Shown: positions 54,830-62,609 of the stretch, in pieces
Numbering within the stretch: position 1 is the first letter of the stretch
Layout of the letters: every line of letters starts with the position of its first letter
IMG/VR virus record: IMGVR_UViG_3300028025_006304
Span: 32,001-96,000 of that record
Length of the DNA stretch: 64,000 bases
Strand: one strand, 5' to 3'
DNA from: a virus
The notes under the pieces: model-generated
What the model was told of the DNA's origin: nothing
Seen by the model: only the letters and a program-made list of their open reading frames with translations
Database searches by the model: none
Made by a program: the position numbers and the translations under genes

Positions 54830-55079
54830 ATCTTTTTGTGATCTTCTTTTTGTGGATCGCGAATTTTTTGTCGGAAGGGGTTATTTGGAAGCACTAATCC
54901 CATTAGGGATTATTTGGAAAATGTGGGATATAAGTATATACTAGTCGGGGGGTAAAGGTTTTAGAGGTTTCAATCATTCACCTAAATGCGCACCCATACC
55001 CCGCCGCCGTCGATGGACGGTAACGCGCGTGGGACCATCGATATACATGAGGTACCGCGGACGGTACGGCGAGAATCCC
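54830..55079. other. GC-richer non-coding island A
   Basis: No credible ORF; hairpins and CG palindromes; shares short motifs with island B. Confidence 0.55.
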
Positions 55080-55349
55080 TTAGGATTCCCACACCATCAT
55101 TGTTCCTGGATCCTGCCATTCGAAATACCAGCCGCTGTCTTCCACCATAGTGTTTAGTTTTGGGTTTACACCGAATGTATCACCCCATTCTTCACTCCAG
55201 TAATCAAATAGGGATGGAGTTGATTCAGCCGAGATCCAGATACCATTGTTTTCGTTTTTGGTACTGTAGAACTCGTCTGTGGTTCCACACACATGAACAC
55301 CCTTTGCTTTAAGGGCCGTCATCATTGCTTTAATTCCTTTTGTTTTCAT
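55080..55349 (-). CDS. Early cassette hypothetical protein
   Basis: GGTTATG start, own promoter; Trp-rich C-terminus (GWYFEWQDPGT). Confidence 0.7.
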   Translation of the reverse strand: MKTKGIKAMMTALKAKGVHVCGTTDEFYSTKNENNGIWISAESTPSLFDYWSEEWGDTFGVNPKLNTMVEDSGWYFEWQDPGTMMVWES

Positions 55350-55383
55350 AACCATTTATTTGATTGAATATATGAACAAAATC

Positions 55384-55557
55384 TCAAAGAGCAAAATATT
55401 CTTCCAAAAAGTTTTGTGCAACTTTAAATTTGATACTGAGATATTTTTTAATCTCAACCTCTGAGTATCCCTCTTCTACCAATTCAATGATAGCCCCCTG
55501 TAAGTTGATGTGAAGTTTAGAAACATCATCCATCTGCTTAATTTTCAAATCTGTCAT
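55384..55557 (-). CDS. 57-aa early protein, family A (missed by track)
   Basis: MTDLKIKQMDDVSKLHINLQGAIIELVEEGYSEVEIKKYL...EEYFAL. Confidence 0.7.
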   Translation of the reverse strand: MTDLKIKQMDDVSKLHINLQGAIIELVEEGYSEVEIKKYLSIKFKVAQNFLEEYFAL

Positions 55558-55615
55558 AACCGTTGTTTGTTTTTAATTATACCTAAATATACGAACTATA
55601 TTTTGGGTAACCGAA

Positions 55616-55840
55616 TCAATCGGTTATGAACTCAACATTAATCAACTCATCAATACCAAACTCAATTCCAAATTCACGCAATTGAAGCGATGTCCAGTTC
55701 GGGTGGAACATACTACGCTTACCATCATCTTGTGTTTTAATGACTTTAATGAACTCTTGCTGCCACAATTTAAGAGCATCAACTAAAATATGCTCAGTCA
55801 TAGGTGTGAGCTTACCTGATTTATATTTCTTCTTTGTCAT
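55616..55840 (-). CDS. Early cassette hypothetical protein
   Basis: GGTTATG start, own promoter. Confidence 0.65.
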   Translation of the reverse strand: MTKKKYKSGKLTPMTEHILVDALKLWQQEFIKVIKTQDDGKRSMFHPNWTSLQLREFGIEFGIDELINVEFITD

Positions 55841-55887
55841 AACCGTTTTTATTTTTTATTATACCTAAATATACGAACTGGATTTAA

Positions 55888-56130
55888 TTAAACCAATTCC
55901 ATTACTTCTGTTAATCCCATCTCCTCCAATTCGTCCTTAGTTTCGATATCTTCACCAAACACCAATTCGATATCAGCATCTTCTAGTATCAAACAGATAT
56001 CTTTTCCCATAACACGGCCCATCAATTGGATTTCATTTGCATTAAGCTGCTCAGTAAATACTTCTTCTACTTCACCTGTTTCATAATTCCAAGTGAATCC
56101 AAATACATTATCTTTTAACTTTACATTCAT
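55888..56130 (-). CDS. Early acidic protein, family B
   Basis: MNVKLKDNVFGF..GEV..VFT..LN.NEI, paralog of 56451-56723. Confidence 0.7.
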   Translation of the reverse strand: MNVKLKDNVFGFTWNYETGEVEEVFTEQLNANEIQLMGRVMGKDICLILEDADIELVFGEDIETKDELEEMGLTEVMELV

Positions 56131-56188
56131 AACCTTTATTTTTTATTATACCTAAATATACGAACAGATATTTGATAAATCTATTCCT

Positions 56189-56407
56189 TTATTGAGCTTT
56201 ATTAATTAATTTAATCAAAGTTTCAGGAGTTTCAACTATTGAAAATCCTCCATTATTATGAGTTGTAACTCCTACTCTAGTATGTTCTACTTCATCAACA
56301 CTACCATAACTCATTTTTTCAGGGACTCTAAAAAAATGCCCTATTTGTTCAGCATTTAAATATACAGGTTTTTTATCTTTAAGACTTGTAACTTTAATAA
56401 TTTTCAT
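56189..56407 (-). CDS. FlbD-like small protein
   Basis: IKVT...VYLNAEQI...T.V...VETPE.LIKLI pattern. Confidence 0.5.
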   Translation of the reverse strand: MKIIKVTSLKDKKPVYLNAEQIGHFFRVPEKMSYGSVDEVEHTRVGVTTHNNGGFSIVETPETLIKLINKAQ

Positions 56408-56450
56408 AACCTTTGTTTTTTTATTTTTTATTATACGTGAATATACGAAC

Positions 56451-56723
56451 TTATTTTACGTACTCTACTACCTTATTCAAACCTTCAACATCACACTCTA
56501 AACTATTCTCATCAAACTCAAACACTTCATTCACTGAGTTAATATCAGTAAACAAACAATCATATTCATTGTCCATACCTAAAGCTTCACACAACACACC
56601 TTTTCGACTTTCCAATGCCTTGATTTCATTTTCATTCAATTTCCATGTAAATACATTCTTCACTTCACCAAATTGTGAATCGTAAATAAAACCGTAAACG
56701 TTGTCTTTGAATTTTACTTTCAT
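56451..56723 (-). CDS. Early acidic protein, family B
   Basis: MKVKFKDNVYGF..GEV..VFT..LN.NEI. Confidence 0.7.
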   Translation of the reverse strand: MKVKFKDNVYGFIYDSQFGEVKNVFTWKLNENEIKALESRKGVLCEALGMDNEYDCLFTDINSVNEVFEFDENSLECDVEGLNKVVEYVK

Positions 56724-56824
56724 AACCTTTGTTTTTATTATTTCTTATTATACGTGAATATACGAACAGGAAAGGCGAGAGCAAATGCCCTCGCCAATCC
56801 CCAACGGTTATGAAGCGTTATATT

Positions 56825-57028
56825 TTAAAACTGGGTACTCACTTCGCTGTAAGCATCCCAAAACTCATCCATAAACTCATCTACAAATTCGCTGCTCATA
56901 ACTGTACCTTCGCTATCGGTTACTTGGTACTCACAGTACGAATTAGATTCTGTAACATGTAATGTATATTCTTTTTCGTTGTGGGTAACATTGTAAGTGT
57001 CTGTACGTTCAATTAGTTCTGCTTTCAT
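56825..57028 (-). CDS. Early acidic hypothetical protein
   Basis: 67 aa, coupled to the upstream gene. Confidence 0.6.
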   Translation of the reverse strand: MKAELIERTDTYNVTHNEKEYTLHVTESNSYCEYQVTDSEGTVMSSEFVDEFMDEFWDAYSEVSTQF

Positions 57029-57786
57029 TATCCAACTCGTTTTACCAATCGTTCTACTTTCTGTTCGTTTGTCATTTTTGCTTCTTCAACATCATATACT
57101 TTGAAGATACGTTTTTCTCCTTTGTAATCCACTTCAAACATGATAGATGAGTCATTTGCAAACTTGACTACGATTACTTCTTTACTGTAGCTGTTTCTAT
57201 AGTTACCATTACTAATCCATTCATCTCTTTTTTCAACACTTGTTGCTGTAGGGAACTCGTGATTGAGTTGAGAAATTGCTACATTGAAGTTTAGATCTTT
57301 TACAATGAGAGAACTCAGTTTCTCTTTTGCTGCTACATTTTTATTATCAATCTTATCTAAAATCGTTCGAGGTTTTACTGCACGAGAACTACCTACAATT
57401 TGGTAACTCTCAATTTTTTTATCTGAGGTAATACCGAATGATACACTGTGTTTTTTAATAACTAGCTCACCATTTTCTTGTGTTACAATATCGTACAACA
57501 AGTACACACCACCAGACCAAGTATTTACTGTAATCTCAGTTTCGAATCGTTCGTCACCGTAACCTAGTCTAACATCTCTTGTTACAGTTTCTGTTTTAAG
57601 TGTGTTTTCGAAATGGTAACCCAAATGAAATCCATTCTCTAGTAAGAATTTTACATCACGTTCTGCACGGATTATTTGGAGTTGAGTATCTCGCTCGCTT
57701 CGTTCAATGTATTCTTGAACCATTTTTTCTTGTTCGACTGTAAACATTTCAAGTTCCAGTTCTAATTGTTGTCCTTCTGTCTTCAT
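57028..57786 (-). CDS. Early hypothetical protein (252 aa)
   Basis: GGTTATG start, own promoter. Confidence 0.7.
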   Translation of the reverse strand: MKTEGQQLELELEMFTVEQEKMVQEYIERSERDTQLQIIRAERDVKFLLENGFHLGYHFENTLKTETVTRDVRLGYGDERFETEITVNTWSGGVYLLYDIVTQENGELVIKKHSVSFGITSDKKIESYQIVGSSRAVKPRTILDKIDNKNVAAKEKLSSLIVKDLNFNVAISQLNHEFPTATSVEKRDEWISNGNYRNSYSKEVIVVKFANDSSIMFEVDYKGEKRIFKVYDVEEAKMTNEQKVERLVKRVG

Positions 57787-57832
57787 AACCTTTTATTTGC
57801 TGGAATATACGAACTAAATTTTAATTAGCCAA

Positions 57833-58174
57833 CTATCGACCCATTTCTTTTTCCCATTCTTCATCGTCGATAAACATTCCGGGATTGTCCAACTCCTTCA
57901 AATGCTCCATTGCTTCCTTTTCTGTATCGAAAAATTCCTCGTTACCCGTTTCAAAGTCAATAGTTGCAAATTGTACATCATTTTGAGGAGTCAATACAAT
58001 ACCCAAACCAATGTTTTCAAATGCAATGTAGTAGTAACCTGTAAATGTATTGTAACCAAAATGTAGTGGCTCATCTGAACACAAACTGCTCTCAGAGTAA
58101 GCATTCATCAAAGTAGCTAATGCTCGCGCATCATAAAAACTTACTGTCTCGTAACCTGTAAAAATGTCCTTCAT
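57833..58174 (-). CDS. Early acidic hypothetical protein
   Basis: GGTTATG start, own promoter. Confidence 0.7.
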   Translation of the reverse strand: MKDIFTGYETVSFYDARALATLMNAYSESSLCSDEPLHFGYNTFTGYYYIAFENIGLGIVLTPQNDVQFATIDFETGNEEFFDTEKEAMEHLKELDNPGMFIDDEEWEKEMGR

Positions 58175-58214
58175 AACCTTAATTTCTTATTTGATTAAAT
58201 ATACGAACAATCTT

Positions 58215-58409
58215 TTAAACAACCAAACGGTACCCGTTAATCGCCAACAGGGCTCCGTTCGTAGCGATCGTAGCTGGATCCTGGATTAGCAACCCATGGG
58301 CGAGAAACGCTACGCATCCCAGCGCGTTTATAATTCGAAGCGTCTTAATTTTTTTAGTGAGAAAGGACCCGATTACGAGTCCCATCCCTACAAATCCTAG
58401 TATACCCAT
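58215..58409 (-). CDS. YgjV-like small inner-membrane protein
   Basis: GF.G..LV..SF..K.IK.LR.IN..GC..F..HG pattern; higher GC than neighbours. Confidence 0.6.
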   Translation of the reverse strand: MGILGFVGMGLVIGSFLTKKIKTLRIINALGCVAFLAHGLLIQDPATIATNGALLAINGYRLVV

Positions 58410-58412
58410 TTC

Positions 58413-58910
58413 TTACTTAGTCTTTTGGATAGCTTTAACCAACAAAACTTGTAAAAAGTTCTCAATATCTTCTTGATCAAAATTCTCTTCACGTAAATCG
58501 TACGTAAGATTCTTTACAACAGAATTAAAAATATTCTCATCAGCAATTCTGATCAATCCGTCCATTCTTTCAAACGGATCTTCTTCAATTTCATCTTCAA
58601 TTTCAAATTCAAGATTTTTTAACTCAATAATGTAACGAGGGTACTCATAACCTTGTGTATCAACTAAGTAATTTTTACCTCCAATAAATAGAATATGGAA
58701 TTGTTGTTCACCATCTAATTCAACTCCCATCAAATCAATTCCTGAACCAAAAACCTGAATAGGAAAAGTATTAATTACTTGTCGAGTTTCTTTATCTAAA
58801 CTTTTAAAATCTACTGATTCGTAAATCTCATATACAAAATTTACCTTACGATGGTAATCAAAACGAATCAACTGATCGTAAATGTCTTCTTTAATTTCCT
58901 TTGCTTTCAT
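58413..58910 (-). CDS. Early protein with family-A-like C-terminal domain
   Basis: YLVDTQGYEYPRYI; C-terminal DLREENFDQEDIENFLQVLL. Confidence 0.7.
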   Translation of the reverse strand: MKAKEIKEDIYDQLIRFDYHRKVNFVYEIYESVDFKSLDKETRQVINTFPIQVFGSGIDLMGVELDGEQQFHILFIGGKNYLVDTQGYEYPRYIIELKNLEFEIEDEIEEDPFERMDGLIRIADENIFNSVVKNLTYDLREENFDQEDIENFLQVLLVKAIQKTK

Positions 58911-58959
58911 AACCTTTTATTTTTTAATTATACCTGAATATACGAACAATTTTTTGTAT

Positions 58960-59133
58960 TTACTGGTCCCCCAATATCTCGTTCAATAGAACTTGAATAT
59001 AGTCCTTTGCATCTTGTAGTTCAAAACCATCTTCTTCCATATCACCTACAATGTTTTCAATTGCTTCTTGCAACTCAAATATGCTTTGCTTTTTAACAAT
59101 CGATTCTGCTCTTATTAACTTATCGTATTCCAT
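58960..59133 (-). CDS. 57-aa acidic early protein, family A-like (missed by track)
   Basis: LQEAIENIVGDMEEDGFELQDAKDYIQVLL. Confidence 0.7.
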   Translation of the reverse strand: MEYDKLIRAESIVKKQSIFELQEAIENIVGDMEEDGFELQDAKDYIQVLLNEILGDQ

Positions 59134-59176
59134 AACCATTTTTTTATTTATTATACCTAAATATACGACCTATCCT

Positions 59177-59452
59177 TTATTCAACCACTACCTTTTCTAA
59201 TACTTCACCATAAAACTCAATACCTTGATATTTTTCGTATCCGTTTTCCTTAAACGTATCAATACAAAGCTCTCGTAATTCTTTCATTGACTGAGCGTTG
59301 TTGATTTTTTCAATTGTTCCAGCTCGACCGAAATCACTACCTTCTGAAATTTCGAGCAATTCTTCATCGTCCTCATACATTTCAGCTAACACGTCAAATA
59401 CTTCTTCATTAAACGATTCAATCAACACTTTTTTTACTTCTTCAATTTTCAT
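59177..59452 (-). CDS. Acidic early protein, family C
   Basis: L.EMYED motif shared with 59509-59751. Confidence 0.65.
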   Translation of the reverse strand: MKIEEVKKVLIESFNEEVFDVLAEMYEDDEELLEISEGSDFGRAGTIEKINNAQSMKELRELCIDTFKENGYEKYQGIEFYGEVLEKVVVE

Positions 59453-59508
59453 AACCTTTGTTTTATTATACCTAAATATACGACCTATTTTTTATTAAAC
59501 CTATTCCT

Positions 59509-59751
59509 TTAATTCAAACCAGCTACTTCTTTAAAAATATACTTCCAAAAGTCAGCTACTTCATACTCTTTTTCTAAAATCTCTTCACTATACAAGTAAT
59601 CAGTAACATAGTCATCTAATTTATCTAAATCATCTATTTTGTTAACAGTTTCATTAAATTCAGTCAAATCAAAAACACTATCTTCATACATTTCACTTAA
59701 GCTTTTTACTTCTTTAATAATCAATTCTTTTACTCTATCCAACTTTTCCAT
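59509..59751 (-). CDS. Acidic early protein, family C
   Basis: GGTTATG start at 59751. Confidence 0.65.
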   Translation of the reverse strand: MEKLDRVKELIIKEVKSLSEMYEDSVFDLTEFNETVNKIDDLDKLDDYVTDYLYSEEILEKEYEVADFWKYIFKEVAGLN

Positions 59752-59814
59752 AACCATTTTTTTATTTATTATACGTGAATATACGAAAGAAAGTCTAATT
59801 AAAGACTTCCTTCA

Positions 59815-60204
59815 TTATTCTTCATCCATTCCATAATATTCATTAAACAACTTGACAACCTTTGATTTTACTTCATCTTCAAGTTCATTTTTATCTAACA
59901 ATTCCTCTAATGCTTCTAAATTTTCATATCTAAAATCACCTCTATACTGTCCAGCACCATCATCCATTAAATCATTAAATAAAGTAATTTCATTAACAAA
60001 ACCTTCTACAGTTCCACATCCAACACTACCCATACTACTTTCACTTCCTCCACTAACACTTAATCTAAACTTTACAAAGCTTTTAAACATTTCATTATCT
60101 TCCCTTTCCTGATCTGAAAGATTACTTTCTGAAATAGCTTCCAAGTCACTTAAACAATACTCTTTATAAACTTTTTCTAATTTCAATTTCAACTCTACAT
60201 TCAT
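59815..60204 (-). CDS. Acidic early hypothetical protein
   Basis: GGTTATG start, own promoter. Confidence 0.65.
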   Translation of the reverse strand: MNVELKLKLEKVYKEYCLSDLEAISESNLSDQEREDNEMFKSFVKFRLSVSGGSESSMGSVGCGTVEGFVNEITLFNDLMDDGAGQYRGDFRYENLEALEELLDKNELEDEVKSKVVKLFNEYYGMDEE

Positions 60205-60257
60205 AACCTTTGTTGTTTTTATTTCTTATTATACTTGAATATACAAAAAGAAGTTAA

Positions 60258-60374
60258 CTATTCATCTTCCTTCTTTAGACGTTCAATCAACTTTTCTCCT
60301 TCAATAACCAATTCCTCTGCTTGTTCTAATACATTTCCGAACAAACCATCTAAAAACGTTTCCTTCACTTTCAT
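60258..60374 (-). CDS. 38-aa early peptide (missed by track)
   Basis: MKVKETFLDGLFGNVLEQAEELVIEGEKLIERLKKEDE; GGTTATG start and promoter. Confidence 0.6.
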   Translation of the reverse strand: MKVKETFLDGLFGNVLEQAEELVIEGEKLIERLKKEDE

Positions 60375-60405
60375 AACCTTTTATTTGATTGAATATACGA
60401 ATAAT

Positions 60406-60576
60406 TTATTGATTATCCAATTCCTCAATTAAATCAATATTCTCCTTAAGTAACTGGATCATTCGAATCCTATACCGTTCATCTCTTTCATTTGAAGCTT
60501 CAGATTCAATGTTCTCTAGACAGTCTAGAAGATCGTTGTAAGTGTTTTCAAATCGACAGTAACTCATGTTTGCCAT
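60406..60576 (-). CDS. 56-aa early protein with MANMSYCRFENT N-terminus (missed by track)
   Basis: The MxNMSYCRFENT..DL.DC start recurs in small phage proteins; GGTTATG start and promoter. Confidence 0.7.
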   Translation of the reverse strand: MANMSYCRFENTYNDLLDCLENIESEASNERDERYRIRMIQLLKENIDLIEELDNQ

Positions 60577-60648
60577 AACCTTTGTTTTAATTATTTATTT
60601 ATTATACTTGAATATACGAACAGATATTTGATAAATCTATTCCTTTAT

Positions 60649-60822
60649 TTACAAAGCCCAATATTCTTCTACAAATTCAGTTGTCTCAGAAACCAATTCC
60701 TTAAAATATAATTTGATTTCAGTATCAGAATATCCTGCTTCTACTAATTTGACCGTTGATGCTTGTAGGTGTTTTCTTAAATCATACACCCGAGACATTT
60801 GATCAATTTTCCTTTCTGTCAT
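60649..60822 (-). CDS. 57-aa early protein, family A (missed by track)
   Basis: MTERKIDQMSRVYDLRKHLQASTVKLVEAGYSDTEIKLYF...EEYWAL, gap-free match to 55384-55557. Confidence 0.72.
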   Translation of the reverse strand: MTERKIDQMSRVYDLRKHLQASTVKLVEAGYSDTEIKLYFKELVSETTEFVEEYWAL

Positions 60823-60863
60823 AACCGTTTCTTATTTACTGGAATATACATTAAAGCCTTGAT

Positions 60864-60944
60864 TTAACCTATTCCCTCGTTCTCCAGTTCATCGTAATAA
60901 TCCATTTCCATGTTGTAAAGACTCTCGTAAAACCCATCTTCCAT
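60864..60944 (-). CDS. 26-aa hyperacidic peptide (missed by track)
   Basis: MEDGFYESLYNMEMDYYDELENEGIG, directly after three tandem promoters. Confidence 0.45.
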   Translation of the reverse strand: MEDGFYESLYNMEMDYYDELENEGIG

Positions 60945-61163
60945 CGTTTCTGTTGCTTTTAATTATACCTGAATATACGATAGAGATTTTGGATAGACAA
61001 ATTCTTTAGATAGATAAGATTGTCCTTCTCCAAGTTAAGTAGGATATAAATGTACGAAAGATCTTTTGGGTAACCAAGTCTTTTTTAATAGATGTTTTCT
61101 ATACTTGCCCCCCCCACAGTCCTTCCCAAGGTCAAGATACGAAAGTTTTTTGGGGGTGCCAAG

Positions 61164-61657
61164 TTTCCCCCGTTTCCCCTCATTTTTCCATTATTTTCCA
61201 TTATTTTCCAGTGCGATCACCTCTCTCTATCGATAGATCTTGTTTATCCCGCACGGATGATAGAGATTCTCTATCAAAGTCAATTCCCCCACGGGGGATC
61301 CCCCCGTAACCCCCCTCCCTCGATCGATTTTCTCTATCGGCTTGTATATATTTTGTCGACAAGTAAAGGTAGGATTTGGTGGGGGAAGGGGTTATATAGA
61401 TGTGCTCTCTCGACCTCATTCACACTCACCCGTTTTTCACATACTATTATCGACCCTAGCTATCACCCACCATAACTTAGTTGGGGTTTGTCACACTAGT
61501 GATAGAGAACACCGATCAAACACAACAAGCACACAATTCCGCGCAGATACATAACGCATATACGCGTACGTACCGCGTACGCCGGTATATATATACCGTA
61601 TATATGCGCGCTTTTGCGCGTATTACGCGCTAGTATGTGTTAGTGCGCGTGGTTCCG
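61164..61657. other. Palindrome-rich non-coding island B
   Basis: 10-bp tandem repeat, five GATAGAG/CTCTATC sites, nested palindromes, alternating purine-pyrimidine tract. Confidence 0.65.
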
Positions 61658-61798
61658 TTAAATGTCCTCGATATACGTTAAAAACGTAGACATCACGCGT
61701 TTGATCTCGTTATATTCTTTCGTATCGGCATAATCGTGAGCGTCATTGAGGAATTTTCTCACCGCCCACACGATATCTCCCTTGTTGAGTTCTTCCAT
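61658..61798 (-). CDS. 46-aa hypothetical protein (missed by track)
   Basis: MEELNKGDIVWAVRKFLNDAHDYADTKEYNEIKRVMSTFLTYIEDI. Confidence 0.45.
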   Translation of the reverse strand: MEELNKGDIVWAVRKFLNDAHDYADTKEYNEIKRVMSTFLTYIEDI

Positions 61799-61887
61799 CG
61801 CGTATTATTCGTACCTGGATTATTATTCGTATTATTTCTCCCCCACCACATTATTACCTCCAGCCGAAGATTAGGAACAGGATTTTT

Positions 61888-62115
61888 TTATAGATTAGGT
61901 AGTGCAGGGGTACGTTGTTTTGGCTCATGTTTTATAAGTGTTCCGTTAATGAAGCGTTCTACCATGCCAGCGCAAATTCCGGGTTTGATTTCTTGTACGG
62001 CGAATGTGATGTCTCCGTCTTTATGAACTACGCGGTAGGTGAGTTTATCGATACGTATTGTTTCACTATACGATTTTTGTGGTATTTGGGTGAGTTTAGG
62101 ACCGCGTCGTTTCAT
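61888..62115 (-). CDS. Hypothetical protein
   Basis: 75 aa; ATGA-coupled to the upstream ORF. Confidence 0.55.
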   Translation of the reverse strand: MKRRGPKLTQIPQKSYSETIRIDKLTYRVVHKDGDITFAVQEIKPGICAGMVERFINGTLIKHEPKQRTPALPNL

Positions 62116-62282
62116 TGTTTAGTAACTTTACTTCGGTATTCATCTGAGATGTTAATTAGTCCAGCAACGATGTCTTCCTTGGTCATTGTGTTGTTGCCTT
62201 CTTTGAGGAAATTAGTGAGTCCCTCATACCGACCTAATGACTTTGCCATTTGTAAAGTGATACCTGAGAAATTGTTTTCCAT
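62112..62282 (-). CDS. 56-aa hypothetical protein (missed by track)
   Basis: GGTTATG start and promoter at 62307-62337. Confidence 0.6.
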   Translation of the reverse strand: MENNFSGITLQMAKSLGRYEGLTNFLKEGNNTMTKEDIVAGLINISDEYRSKVTKQ

Positions 62283-62381
62283 AACCGTTTATTTTTTATT
62301 ACACCTAAATATACGAAAAAAGGCTTGGAAAACCAAGCCTAATTTAAAAATATTTTAAGAAATTTTCATTTCTCGTTGATG

Positions 62382-62609
62382 TTAAAGGTTCTCGTTATTG
62401 TATTCGTTGTCAAAAGCATCAGAAATCTGTTGAAGTGTCAGGTTTCCATACTTGTAGGCGAAGTCAACCATTCGATCTTTTTCCTCTTGTTCAAATGTCG
62501 CAACCTCTTTGGCTGCCATCATTAAGGCCTCGCACTGTGCTGTGTGTCGTGACCACTCACCAGCCAATTCGTCTAGCCGGTCTGCAATTTTAAATGTTAG
62601 TGTTTTCAT
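62382..62609 (-). CDS. Hypothetical protein
   Basis: 75 aa; promoter at 62632-62662. Confidence 0.6.
   Translation of the reverse strand: MKTLTFKIADRLDELAGEWSRHTAQCEALMMAAKEVATFEQEEKDRMVDFAYKYGNLTLQQISDAFDNEYNNENL

Noticed and set aside
35375-61001. Possible CRISPR array or DGR (repeats plus a Cas4-like nuclease at 26680)
   Set aside because: Repeats are either coding triplets or promoters separated by whole genes; no constant-length spacers, no cas operon, no reverse transcriptase, no template/variable repeat pair with A-specific mismatches seen
61258-61508. Similarity of GTGATAGAGA/CTCTATCA to the tet operator
   Set aside because: Only half-sites, in the wrong arrangement for tetO; no TetR gene; kept only as generic repeated sites
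61092-61554. Track ORFs inside island B (61092-61475, 61201-61419, 61342-61554)
   Set aside because: Low-complexity products of C/G runs and palindromes; no promoter or GGTTATG context
55038-61676. TCGATATAC shared by islands A and B
   Set aside because: The second copy lies inside the 46-aa ORF 61658-61798, so it is not counted as an island motif
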